Shown: in pieces, positions 18,285 to 27,667 of the stretch | Position numbering within the stretch: position 1 is the stretch's first letter | Layout: the number at the start of each line of letters is the position of its first letter | Assembly: GCA_965205505.1 (NCBI GenBank) | Contig: CBDBHB010000009.1 | Coordinates: 2,816,001 to 2,880,000, forward strand | From: Acidobacteriota bacterium | Lineage (GTDB): Bacteria; Acidobacteriota; UBA890; WLXD01 | Direction: 5' to 3' | Length of the DNA: 64,000 nucleotides | Notes under the pieces: model-generated | What the model was told of the DNA's origin: nothing | The model's database searches: none | Seen by the model: the letters and a program-made list of their open reading frames with translations, nothing else | Translations under genes and position numbers: made by a program

Positions 18285-19721
18285 CTAAAGTTTCAAATTC
18301 TCTTCGAGCTCGCGATTGGAGACATGGAGCCGGTAGCCGTCGTACTCGTCGATTTTGGTTTGGACCAGCTTGTCGACGACCTTGGTGCCCAGGGCTTCTC
18401 GTAGTAAGTCGGACCCGCGCGCACACTCGACTGCGTCGAACAGATCGTGTGGCAGTGCCTCGATGCCTTTCTCGACGCGATCCATGGCGGACAGGTCGTA
18501 AAGATCCTCGGGGCTCGGGGCGCGTAGCGGCAGCTCGCGCTCCAGACCATCGAGCCCTGCCGCCAGCATGGAGGCAAACGCCAAGTAGGGGTTACACGCT
18601 GCATCGGGGAATCGCAGCTCTATGCGGGTCGCCACCTCCTTGCCGGGCTTGTAGTGGGGGATGCGCACCAGAGCCGATCGGTTGCGCTCGGCCCAGGTGA
18701 TGTACACCGGGGCCTCGTAGCCCGGAACGAGCCGCTTGTACGAGTTGTACCACTGGTTGGTAAGCAGGCAGATCTCCTTTGCGTGAGCTAACACTCCGGC
18801 AAGGAAGTGCTTTGAAGTGGCCGACAGATGGTGCTCATCGTCGGCCGAATAGAAAGCGTTGTTCTCGCCGCTGAAGATCGACAGGTGGGTGTGCATGCCG
18901 CTGCCGTTTTCGCCCGCAAGAGGCTTGGGCATGAAGGTGGCGTGTACGCCGTTGCGCCGTGCGACCTCCTTGACCAACCACTTGTGAGTCTGCAGCTTGT
19001 CGGCCATCAGCAGCGCCTCGTCATACTTCAGAGCGATCTCGTGCTGCGACGGCGCTACCTCGTGATGCGTGTACTCGACCTGGATACCCATGGCTTCGAG
19101 CGCGAACACCGTTGCCTCGCGCAGGTCGTCGCCAGCATCGGTCGGCACCATGTCGAAGTACCCGGCCTGATCGAGCCCATCGGTCGAATGCCCGTCGCGA
19201 AAGTAGAAGTACTCCGCTTCGGGTCCGATGTTCATGTGGGAGAAGTTGTGGGCGGCGAGGCGGTCGAGCTGGCGCTTGAGGATGTTGCGTGGATCGCCTG
19301 AGTAGGGGCTACCGTCAGTGTTGCGGACCTCGGCAACCATGCGGATACAGCGCGAAGGGCCAATCTGGAAAGGAATGAACTGGGCCGTTTCCGCGATGGG
19401 CACCGCGACCATGTCGCTCTCTTGAATGCGCTGATACCCATGGATCGACGAACCGTCGAATCCCATGCCCTCTTCGAACGCGCCTTCGAGCTCGTGTTGG
19501 GTGATCTCGAAGGTCTTGAGGAACCCGAGGATATCGGTGAACCACAGACGGATCGATGTGATCTGATGCTCTCGAACAAACGCCAGCACCTCGTCGGCGT
19601 TCGACAGGCTCAGCCCGCGCGGCACGCCTGCGACGAGGTCCAAATGCTTCGACGTATAGCGCACCATCTCGTCGGAGAATTGCTGAACCTGCTGAATGAA
19701 CTGGTGCCCGATGAACCCCAT
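18285..19721 (-). CDS. glnA: Glutamine synthetase type I
   Basis: FTDILG, FDGSSI, HHEVAPSQHE, FMPKP...NGSGMH.H, RLVPGYEAP, NRSALVR; ATG 19721 after GGAGAG (alternative 19667). Confidence 0.95.
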   Translation of the reverse strand: MGFIGHQFIQQVQQFSDEMVRYTSKHLDLVAGVPRGLSLSNADEVLAFVREHQITSIRLWFTDILGFLKTFEITQHELEGAFEEGMGFDGSSIHGYQRIQESDMVAVPIAETAQFIPFQIGPSRCIRMVAEVRNTDGSPYSGDPRNILKRQLDRLAAHNFSHMNIGPEAEYFYFRDGHSTDGLDQAGYFDMVPTDAGDDLREATVFALEAMGIQVEYTHHEVAPSQHEIALKYDEALLMADKLQTHKWLVKEVARRNGVHATFMPKPLAGENGSGMHTHLSIFSGENNAFYSADDEHHLSATSKHFLAGVLAHAKEICLLTNQWYNSYKRLVPGYEAPVYITWAERNRSALVRIPHYKPGKEVATRIELRFPDAACNPYLAFASMLAAGLDGLERELPLRAPSPEDLYDLSAMDRVEKGIEALPHDLFDAVECARGSDLLREALGTKVVDKLVQTKIDEYDGYRLHVSNRELEENLKL

Positions 19722-20033
19722 ACAACGCTCTCCATGCAGTCGAATCCCAGATGTGTGCGGCAACAGATCGGGCTAGCGCTGGTGCAAGGAAGAACCCCCG
19801 AGCCCCTATACTCGCCCCCGATCCACATGGTCGCCGCACGCCTTTGGGGAGCCCCTGAAGGTGCCAGCCTAACCACGCCCCTGGCGGCCGTCAACCAACA
19901 TGAGCGCTGCCGATACGTTTCGCGTGTCAGGCGAGAGACTGCCGATCGAGAACGGCGCAGAATGCATGCCCGCCGCGCCCGAATCTGCTAGCGTTCCGAC
20001 TCGGGTCAACCCTGCTGAGCGGAGCCGGACGCC

Positions 20034-20594
20034 TTGGGTGAAACAATCCCGAAGACCTTCATTGATGCACGTACCCTGATGTTGGAATCGGTGCGTCTGG
20101 CACGTGAGATCTGGGACGACGGCTTCCACCCTGACTTTCTCATAGGGATCTGGCGCGGCGGCACTCCGCCGGGAATTCTCATTCACGAGTACTTCCGGCT
20201 GCGCGGCCTGGATCCGTATCACACCACCATCAAGACGCAGTCCTACGAGGGAATGCAGCGTGGTGATTCGGGCGTGGAGATCAAGGGGCTCGAGCACATC
20301 ATCGACGTGGTGGAGGCGGACAACCGCGTGTTGCTCATCGACGACGTGTTCGATACTGGCCATACGATGGCGGCGATCCTCGAACAGATCCGTCGACGAG
20401 CGCGTCGCAACGCCCCGGAGTTGCGCGTCGCAACGGTTTACTACAAGCCTTTGCGCAACGAGACCGGAATCCGGCCGGACTACTGGCAAGTCGAGACCGA
20501 CGAGTGGATCGTATTCCCGCATGAGCTCGAGGGTCTGTCCGACGAGGAGCTGCGTAACAAGGGCGAAGCGATCTACCAGGTGGTGACTGGCTGA
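20034..20594 (+). CDS. Type I phosphoribosyltransferase (purine PRT-like)
   Basis: IWRGG, VLLIDDVFDTGHT, WIVFPHE. Confidence 0.88.
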   Translation: MGETIPKTFIDARTLMLESVRLAREIWDDGFHPDFLIGIWRGGTPPGILIHEYFRLRGLDPYHTTIKTQSYEGMQRGDSGVEIKGLEHIIDVVEADNRVLLIDDVFDTGHTMAAILEQIRRRARRNAPELRVATVYYKPLRNETGIRPDYWQVETDEWIVFPHELEGLSDEELRNKGEAIYQVVTG

Positions 20595-20603
20595 ATTAGT
20601 GAG

Positions 20604-21458
20604 CTACTGAACGGTGACTGTGAAGATGCGGCTCACCGTGCCGTCGAAAGAGATCCGAAACACGGCGCCGGCCTGCGGATCGGTAACCACGTATCCATCG
20701 TCGTCGCGCACGATTCCTTGCGGGTTTATCAACGGGTCTCCCTCGGCTAGCACACTGATAGCGCCGTCCGGCGACACACGGAAAAGGGCAGCAGCGTAAC
20801 CGTCGGTCACCACAAAGCTGCCGTCCGGGTCGCGTACCAGATCGTGCGGGAAGTCGAACGGCTCGCCAGCCGCGATCGTAGAAACCCGCCCCGCCCGCGT
20901 GACGCGGAACAGCGCGCGCGCCCCATGCGACACGATCGCAAAGGCATCGTCGCCATCGACGACGATGCCTTTGGGGCTGTCGACGTCAGCGAGAAGAGTC
21001 ACCTGACCGTCGAGGGTGACGCGGTGCACTGCTCCGATGCCACTGCGCAGATCCGACACGAGCACCGATTGATCATCGAACCTGGCCAGACCTTGCGGAA
21101 TGTCGAGCTCCGTCGTGATCGTCGACAGCTCACCATCCGCACTCACACGGTACAGCCCGAACGTGCCCGGATCGGCAACGATCCAGCCGTCGCCGTCCGG
21201 TGAAGGAACGACCGAGCGCGTGCCGTACAACGGCGAGCGCGGCATTCCCGACCCCTGGTAGATCGGTCTGGTCTCGCCGGCCTGCGTCAGTCGCAACAGG
21301 CCGTGTGCCTTGAAGTCGGCGACTACCCATCCGTCGTCGTCGGGCACCAGGTCCACCGGATAGACGAGCGTCGGCGGCGGCTCGTGCGCCCAAGCCAGCA
21401 GGCAGGAGAGGGCCAGCGCCGTCAAAGCCGTGAAACGCACGTTCCGGGTGAGCCGCAT
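20604..21458 (-). CDS. Secreted beta-propeller (NHL/SMP-30-like) protein
   Basis: Signal peptide; six repeats of P.G...D.DG..VVTD....LFRV..DG. Confidence 0.8.
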   Translation of the reverse strand: MRLTRNVRFTALTALALSCLLAWAHEPPPTLVYPVDLVPDDDGWVVADFKAHGLLRLTQAGETRPIYQGSGMPRSPLYGTRSVVPSPDGDGWIVADPGTFGLYRVSADGELSTITTELDIPQGLARFDDQSVLVSDLRSGIGAVHRVTLDGQVTLLADVDSPKGIVVDGDDAFAIVSHGARALFRVTRAGRVSTIAAGEPFDFPHDLVRDPDGSFVVTDGYAAALFRVSPDGAISVLAEGDPLINPQGIVRDDDGYVVTDPQAGAVFRISFDGTVSRIFTVTVQ

Positions 21459-21478
21459 CGAACCTCCGTTGGTGCAGT

Positions 21479-22615
21479 CTAGCAGGCGTTTTCAGCACAG
21501 GACTGCAGTGCGAGCTCGATCTCCTCGCTAACCCACGCGTCGGTTTCCGCGGCGCGTGCTGCGGTCAGCGAATCGAGCGCCGTCTGGCCACCAAGGCGGC
21601 CGAGGGCCCAGGCGCAATGGCCTCGAATCAGCGGTTCGTCATCGCGCAGACGCTCGGCGAGCACGGGAGCCGAGTCCGGGTCGCCGGAGTTGCCGAGCGC
21701 CACCGCTACGTTACGGAGGAATCCTGCGTACTTGGCCCGCCGTACCGGGCTGTGGCGGGAGCGACGTCGGAAGTCCTCCCGGTCGAGACGCATGAGCTCG
21801 CGTAGGCTGGGCGCCTCGTTTTCCGGGCGCGGCGCGAACGCCGGATCTTCCGTCATTCGTGCAAAGCGGTTCCACGGACACACATCCTGGCAGTCGTCGC
21901 AGCCGAAGATCCGATTGCCGATCGGCTCGCGCAACGAGCGCGGGATCGGTCCGCGGTGCTCGATGGTCAAGTACGAGATGCACCGACGTGCATCGAGCAC
22001 GTAGGGAGCGACGATAGCCTGCGTCGGGCACACGTCGATGCACGCCCGACAGGTGCCACAGCGGTCACGCTCGGGGGTGCCGTAGTCGAGGTCGACATTC
22101 AGGATGGTCGCCGCCAGGAAGAACCAGGAGCCGGTGCGGGCCCCGAGCAGGTTCGTGTGCTTGCCGATCCACCCGAGCCCGGCCAACTCGGCCCAGGCTT
22201 TCTCCATGACCGGGCCGGTATCGACGTAGTAGCGTCCTACGGCCTCTGGACAGAGCCGCTGGATGCGCCCGTATAGGCGCTGTACGGCGGCGCCGAGCAC
22301 TTCGTGGTACTCGTCGCCCCACGCATAGCGCGACAGCCGGCCAAGTCGAGGGTCCTCGGTGGCCGCGTGGCTGGTTCCATAGTCGCGTGTCAACACCAAC
22401 ACTGAGCGAGCCCCGGGAACGACGACACCGGGCTCACAGCGACGATCGACATTCCGCTCCAACCACGCCATCTCGCCGTGGAGCCCTTGACGCAGCCATT
22501 CCCGGAGGCGCGGCGCGGCCTCGAGTGCCGCCACCGGCGCGGCCGCGCAGCGGTCGAATCCTTCGTCGCTGGCGGCCTCGCGAATGGCATCGGTCAGGCG
22601 CGCGCGGGCTTCCAT
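21479..22615 (-). CDS. queG: Epoxyqueuosine reductase
   Basis: SRYAWG.EYH, VDTGPVMEK, CGTCRACIDVCPT, CISYLTIE, GCDDCQDVCPWN, HEAT-repeat tail. Confidence 0.95.
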   Translation of the reverse strand: MEARARLTDAIREAASDEGFDRCAAAPVAALEAAPRLREWLRQGLHGEMAWLERNVDRRCEPGVVVPGARSVLVLTRDYGTSHAATEDPRLGRLSRYAWGDEYHEVLGAAVQRLYGRIQRLCPEAVGRYYVDTGPVMEKAWAELAGLGWIGKHTNLLGARTGSWFFLAATILNVDLDYGTPERDRCGTCRACIDVCPTQAIVAPYVLDARRCISYLTIEHRGPIPRSLREPIGNRIFGCDDCQDVCPWNRFARMTEDPAFAPRPENEAPSLRELMRLDREDFRRRSRHSPVRRAKYAGFLRNVAVALGNSGDPDSAPVLAERLRDDEPLIRGHCAWALGRLGGQTALDSLTAARAAETDAWVSEEIELALQSCAENAC

Positions 22616-22649
22616 GGAGAGCGAGTCTAACCTGCTACACTGCGCCCCG

Positions 22650-23864
22650 ATGAGCGCCGACACCGACCGCGCCGCGATGCGTCCCTTCGCGAGCCTCGCC
22701 AGCTACTCCGATGCTCGAGCCGTCGCGACGGAGCTGGCGATCCCCATCGACCGCACCGAGAAGATCTCGCTCGTGAGCGCCGCCGGCCGCGTGTTGGCGA
22801 GCCCGGCGGTCGCCGCCGTCGACGTGCCCACTGCCGACCGGGCGGCGATGGACGGCTTCGCTCTACGCGCTGCCGACGGTGCGACGGAGGGCGACGTTCT
22901 CAGGTGCTGCGGACGGATTGCCGCCGGACAGCCCGCCGAAATCGAGGTCCAGCCGGGTACGTGTATCGAGATCGCTACGGGCGCGCCCATGCCACCCGGT
23001 GCCGATGCGGTTGTGCCAGTCGAGCACACGACGCGCGACGGAGACAAGATGAGGATCGGCGTCGTCGTCGAGACGGGTCAACATGTCTCGCGCCGCGGCG
23101 AGGATCTGCTCGCCGGCCGTGCGATCGGGAACGCAGGACAGGTTATCCATGCCGCCTTTCTGGCGGCTTGTGTTGCAGGGGGCCTGCAAGAAGTCGAGGT
23201 GTGGGCCCGGCCGCGCGTGCTGGTGACGCCGACGGGTGATGAGGTCGTGCCCCTCGGTACCGAGTTGAAGCCGGGCCAGGTGTACGATTCCAACGCCGCC
23301 GGGTTGCAAGCGCTGCTTACCCGCGCCGGGGCGGAGGTAGATCGTGCCGACATCGTCGTCGATCACCCGGACGCCCTCGCCGAGGTACTACAGCGGCCTG
23401 GCTTCGACCTCGTGGTGACGGTCGGAGGCACCTCGGTCGGCCGGCGCGATCTCATCGCGGATGTGGTCGGGGACCTCGGCCAGGTCCTGGTCCACGGCGT
23501 TGCGGTGCGGCCCGGCAAGCCTCTGCTGGTTGGTTCGGCAGGCGGGCGCCCCGTTGTTGGTCTGCCAGGGTTTCCTACGACGTGCATGATGCAGGCGCAT
23601 GCGCTCGTCGATCCGATGGTGCGGCGCATCGGTCACCAGCCAGAGGGGCCGAATACTCGCGCCTGTGATCTCGGCGAAGAGGTGCGGTCGCCCGCCCGCA
23701 TGACACAGCTGCTGCCCGTGATCGTAGAGGGGCGCGTCGCAACCCCTTCGTTCAGGTTTTCTAGCGCGGTCAGCAGCATGGCGCAGGCGAGCGGCTGGAT
23801 CGAGATCGACCCCGATATCACAAGCGTTGCCGCGGGCGCAGAAGTCCAGGTGTTGTTGTTCTGA
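22650..23864 (+). CDS. moeA: Molybdopterin molybdotransferase
   Basis: AAMDGFA, IATGAPMP.GADAVVP.E, TGDE, GGTSVG, RPGKP, LPGFP. Confidence 0.92.
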   Translation: MSADTDRAAMRPFASLASYSDARAVATELAIPIDRTEKISLVSAAGRVLASPAVAAVDVPTADRAAMDGFALRAADGATEGDVLRCCGRIAAGQPAEIEVQPGTCIEIATGAPMPPGADAVVPVEHTTRDGDKMRIGVVVETGQHVSRRGEDLLAGRAIGNAGQVIHAAFLAACVAGGLQEVEVWARPRVLVTPTGDEVVPLGTELKPGQVYDSNAAGLQALLTRAGAEVDRADIVVDHPDALAEVLQRPGFDLVVTVGGTSVGRRDLIADVVGDLGQVLVHGVAVRPGKPLLVGSAGGRPVVGLPGFPTTCMMQAHALVDPMVRRIGHQPEGPNTRACDLGEEVRSPARMTQLLPVIVEGRVATPSFRFSSAVSSMAQASGWIEIDPDITSVAAGAEVQVLLF

Positions 23865-23882
23865 CCACAGCCCGCACGCCTG

Positions 23883-25160
23883 CTAGGCCAGATCTTCTGG
23901 GTCGACTGGATCGGCGTATACGCCTTCGATTCGTACGAGATCGATCCGGTTGCGGCTTGCCCGGCGGATGTTGAAGGTCAGATCTCCGTGCGTGAGACGC
24001 TCGCCGGGCTGCGGGATGCCACCGCTCCACTCCATCAGCAAACCGGCCAGCGTGGTGCTATCGCGAGCGTTCAGGTCGAGGCTGTAGCGTACGTTCAGAA
24101 GGCTTATCGGGCAGGTGCCTTCGACCAGCAGCGTGCCGTCGTCAAGCTCTACCAGCTGAGGCTCTTGCGGCTCATCGTGCTCATCTTCAATGTCGCCGAC
24201 GATCTCCTCGAGCAGATCCTCCAAGGAGACGATGCCCTCCACTCCACCGTACTCGTCGATGACCAACGCCATGTGCTGGCGATGGTGGCGGAACAGTCGC
24301 AGCAGTCTCTCGAGCGTCGCCGTTTCCGGAACGTAGACTGGCTTACGCATGATCGCGGCGATGTCGAGATCGGCGATGTTCGCCCAATACTGGAAGACGT
24401 CTTTCGAGTGCAGGATACCGACGGTGTCGTCGAGGTTGTCGCGATACACCGGCAATCGAGTTGCGCCGGAGTCCCGCAGTGCGTGCAGAACTTCCTCCGA
24501 GGTTGCGTCGATGGCGACAGACTTCACCTGGGTGCGAGGGATCATCACGTCTTCGATTGTTGTCTCGGTGAGACGGAAGATGCTCGACAGCATGCGACGC
24601 TTCTCGCGTGCGATAACGCGCTCCTCTTCTCCGACTTCGAGCATGCCCCGGATCTCCTCCTCGGAAACCCGCGGCGCGCCCGTCGCAGTGCCCACGATGG
24701 GACGGATCAACAGGCCCGCGATGCCGGCGGCGCAGCTCGCGAAGGGACGCAGGAGCCAAACCGTGAGCTGAATCGGGCGCGCCACGAGCAACGCCAGTCG
24801 TTCGGGGTTGCGGGCGGCGATCGTCTTCGGCGCGATCTCGGAGAAGATGAGGATCGCCGCGGTCATCGCTACGGTTGCCAGCCAGAGCGCGTTCTCACCA
24901 GCAGCGCGGATGGCGATGGCGGCCGCTAACGATGACGCCGCAATATTCACGAAGTTGTTGCCCAGCAGGATGGCCGACAGCAGGCTCTCGGGGGCTTCGA
25001 TCAGGCGTCGCACGATCTGTGCGTTGCGTACCCCGCGCCGCTCGAGATAGCGCAGGCGATAGCGGCTGACGGCCATCAAGGCCGTCTCGGCGCTGGAGAA
25101 GAACCCCGACAAGGCCAGCAGCAGGATCAGGCCGCCGAGCGGGGCGACCAAGTCGGACAT
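23883..25160 (-). CDS. CNNM/HlyC/CorC family transporter
   Basis: FFSSAETA DUF21 domain, EIAPK, CBS pair, DEYGG..GIV.LEDLLEEIVG, CorC domain. Confidence 0.92.
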   Translation of the reverse strand: MSDLVAPLGGLILLLALSGFFSSAETALMAVSRYRLRYLERRGVRNAQIVRRLIEAPESLLSAILLGNNFVNIAASSLAAAIAIRAAGENALWLATVAMTAAILIFSEIAPKTIAARNPERLALLVARPIQLTVWLLRPFASCAAGIAGLLIRPIVGTATGAPRVSEEEIRGMLEVGEEERVIAREKRRMLSSIFRLTETTIEDVMIPRTQVKSVAIDATSEEVLHALRDSGATRLPVYRDNLDDTVGILHSKDVFQYWANIADLDIAAIMRKPVYVPETATLERLLRLFRHHRQHMALVIDEYGGVEGIVSLEDLLEEIVGDIEDEHDEPQEPQLVELDDGTLLVEGTCPISLLNVRYSLDLNARDSTTLAGLLMEWSGGIPQPGERLTHGDLTFNIRRASRNRIDLVRIEGVYADPVDPEDLA

Positions 25161-25309
25161 TCCGATCTCCGAATAGAGGGTGAGCGTGGTCGAGCATACC
25201 ATCCGCGGCGGCGTCTTCAGCGCTCTCTGGCCGCCGAGGCAGCGTGCTACAGTAGCCGCCCGATCGCCTTCTCGGTACGCGCGCCGCACCCGTCTCGCGC
25301 CGCGGCCGC

Positions 25310-26221
25310 TTGTCGCGCGTGCGGCGAAGCGCCGCGTATCAGGAGCCTCAACCCTTGGGTGACACGATCCGTCCGGGCGATCAGGTGCTCGCTGCTCTCG
25401 AGGACGGCAAGACGTTCCTGATCCGTCTGCGGGCGGGCCAGAGGCACTCGACCCACAAGGGTGTGATGGACCACGACGACGTCATCGGACGGTTCTGGGG
25501 GGACGTGCTCATCACGAATACCGGGGCGCGCATCTTCCTGCTGCGACCCCGATGGATCGATCGTATGATGAAGGTGCACCGCCGCACGAACATCATGTAC
25601 CCGAAGGACGCAAGCTTCCTGATCGCGGCGCTCGGTCTGCGAGCCGGGGCGAAGGTCGTCGAGATCGGCTCCGGGTCGGGTGCTATGACGATTGCTCTGA
25701 GTTGCGCGGTGTTGCCGGGCGGAACGGTCTACTCGTATGACCGGCGCCCGGAGTTCCTCGAGCTGGCGCGCCACAACACGGCGGCGGCCGGAATCGAGGA
25801 AGGCTTGGAGTTTCGCTTGCGCGAAGTCGGCGACCCGCTCGAACCTGGAGTCGACGCCGTATTCACCGACGTCCCTGAGCCCTGGGCTGAGCTCGATCCC
25901 ATCGCCGAGGCGTTGCGCGGCAGCGGCAGATTCGCCGCCGGTACACCGACGTTCAACCAAGCGGAGCGGTTGGCAGGCGCTTTGCCCGGCTTCGGGTTCG
26001 CCGTGGTCGAGACGGTCGAGATCCTGGTGCGCGAGATCCTCGCCCGTCCCGGCAAGACACGACCGGGCCATCGGATGGTGGGCCACACGCAACTGCTGAC
26101 CACCGCCGTGAAGGTTACGGCGCCCAGCGAGGGTGAATCGGTGTCGTCGGTCGAGGACGTCGACGGCCCGGTGGCAGATCGGAACCCGCCAGAGGACGGG
26201 CCCGGGAGATCGGCCGAGTGA
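25310..26221 (+). CDS. trmI: tRNA (adenine-58-N1)-methyltransferase
   Basis: THKG, IMYPKD, EIGSGSGA, DVPEPW, RP.HRMVGHT. Confidence 0.88.
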   Translation: MSRVRRSAAYQEPQPLGDTIRPGDQVLAALEDGKTFLIRLRAGQRHSTHKGVMDHDDVIGRFWGDVLITNTGARIFLLRPRWIDRMMKVHRRTNIMYPKDASFLIAALGLRAGAKVVEIGSGSGAMTIALSCAVLPGGTVYSYDRRPEFLELARHNTAAAGIEEGLEFRLREVGDPLEPGVDAVFTDVPEPWAELDPIAEALRGSGRFAAGTPTFNQAERLAGALPGFGFAVVETVEILVREILARPGKTRPGHRMVGHTQLLTTAVKVTAPSEGESVSSVEDVDGPVADRNPPEDGPGRSAE

Positions 26222-26874
26222 CGGGGCAGCGAGAAACTGAAGTGCGGGCTGCGGAGATCCTCGATCGACTCGAGCATTGTTATCCAGAGGCGCGGGTCGA
26301 GCTTGATTTCGACGGGCCGCTGCAACTGCTCATCGCCACGATCCTGTCGGCACAGTCGACTGACAAGCGGATCAATCAGGTAACGCCGGAGCTGTTCCGC
26401 AAGTACCCCGACGCCACGGCGTTCGCCGAAGCGGCCCGTGACGAGCTCGAGGAGGAGCTGCGTAGCACGGGCTTCTTCCGCCAGAAAGCCAAGAGCGTGC
26501 AAGGCTGCTGCGCCATGCTGGTTGAGCTCCACGGCGGCGAGGTCCCGCGCGAGATGAACGAGTTGACCGCGTTGCCTGGGGTAGGGCGCAAGACTGCAAA
26601 CGTTGTCCGCGCCGGAGCCTTCGGGCTGCCGGGCATAGCGGTCGACACCCACTGTCGGCGCGTCAGCCAGCGCCTCGGACTAACCGCCGACACGGATCCG
26701 GTGAAGATTGAGCGCCGCCTCGGCGACCTGTATCCGGAGGGCCGCTGGGCGGACATCTCGCGTCTCTATATCTGGCATGGCCGCTACACGTGTAGGGCGC
26801 GCACGCCGGCGTGCGAGGACTGTGCACTGGCAGACCTGTGTCCTTGGCTGCGGGATCAGGCCGACTCCGCATAG
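26218..26874 (+). CDS. nth: Endonuclease III
   Basis: ILSAQSTD, LPGVGRKTA, VDTH, C-X6-C-X2-C-X5-C. Confidence 0.96.
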   Translation: MTGQRETEVRAAEILDRLEHCYPEARVELDFDGPLQLLIATILSAQSTDKRINQVTPELFRKYPDATAFAEAARDELEEELRSTGFFRQKAKSVQGCCAMLVELHGGEVPREMNELTALPGVGRKTANVVRAGAFGLPGIAVDTHCRRVSQRLGLTADTDPVKIERRLGDLYPEGRWADISRLYIWHGRYTCRARTPACEDCALADLCPWLRDQADSA

Positions 26875-26900
26875 CTCTGAAGACGACGGGCCGTCTTAGA

Positions 26901-26940
26901 TACCAGAAGTATTTCTTGTATACCAAAAATATATTTGGTA
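26901..26940. promoter_or_regulatory. Two abutting 20-bp palindromic operator candidates upstream of the lexA-like gene
   Basis: TACCAGAAGTATTTCTTGTA and TACCAAAAATATATTTGGTA; the second extends to GTATACCAAA-N6-TTTGGTATAC. Confidence 0.65.
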
Positions 26941-27013
26941 TACTTCGACCTCGATTTCCAGTCACGAAGAAACGCCAGCCGGCAGTCCGGTGCGCATCAC
27001 GAGGCCTGATCAG

Positions 27014-27667
27014 ATGACCACCCTGACCCGACGCCAGAGAGCGATCTACGACTTTATTGTCGGACAGGTCAGTCTCAACGGCATCCCGCCAACCCTCATG
27101 GAGATCGCCGCCGCCTTCGGTCTCAGCTCTGCCGCGGGGGTCTCGGATCACCTCAAGGCAATCGAGCGCAAGGGCTTCATTCGCCGCCGTCCCGGCGCCT
27201 CACGTGGTATCGAGTTGGCGCGTATGGCACGCCCGAGGGCTGGACGCCGCTCGATTGGTGTGCCGGTGGTCGCCGCAGTGCCCTCGGCGCGCGGCCTATC
27301 GAAGGCGCGAGCGCGTGAGGTGTATGTCGATGGCAGGCTGGTAGGGCCTAACGTGATCGCTGTGCAGGTGAGCTCAGCCTCGCTGGGCGCCCGCGGGATC
27401 CTGCAGGGTGACCTCCTGGTAGTCGATTGCGATGCCGAGGCGCGCCGCGGAGATCTGTTGCTCGGACTGCAGTCACGCAGAGTTCTGTTGATGGAGATGG
27501 CAGGGGGCGACCGTACGGCGGTGCCGTTGGCGGGGCGATTCGACGCCAACGCCGAAGTAGAGGTGGTGGGGCGCGTGGCATCGGTGATTCGTGATCTGAA
27601 CCAGCACCCATTCTCATTGACACTCGAAGGACGACATACGCCCGGATGGGGAGGGATAGCAAGATGA
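27014..27667 (+). CDS. lexA: LexA-like repressor with a degenerate peptidase domain
   Basis: LT.RQ..IYDFI, PPT..EIA, HL.AIERKG.I.R....RGI; no Ala-Gly site or catalytic Lys visible. Confidence 0.75.
   Translation: MTTLTRRQRAIYDFIVGQVSLNGIPPTLMEIAAAFGLSSAAGVSDHLKAIERKGFIRRRPGASRGIELARMARPRAGRRSIGVPVVAAVPSARGLSKARAREVYVDGRLVGPNVIAVQVSSASLGARGILQGDLLVVDCDAEARRGDLLLGLQSRRVLLMEMAGGDRTAVPLAGRFDANAEVEVVGRVASVIRDLNQHPFSLTLEGRHTPGWGGIAR

Noticed and set aside
27600-27660. CIRCE or HAIR heat-shock operator before clpB
   Set aside because: No TTAGCACTC-N9-GAGTGCTAA or CTTGAGT-N7-ACTCAAG match
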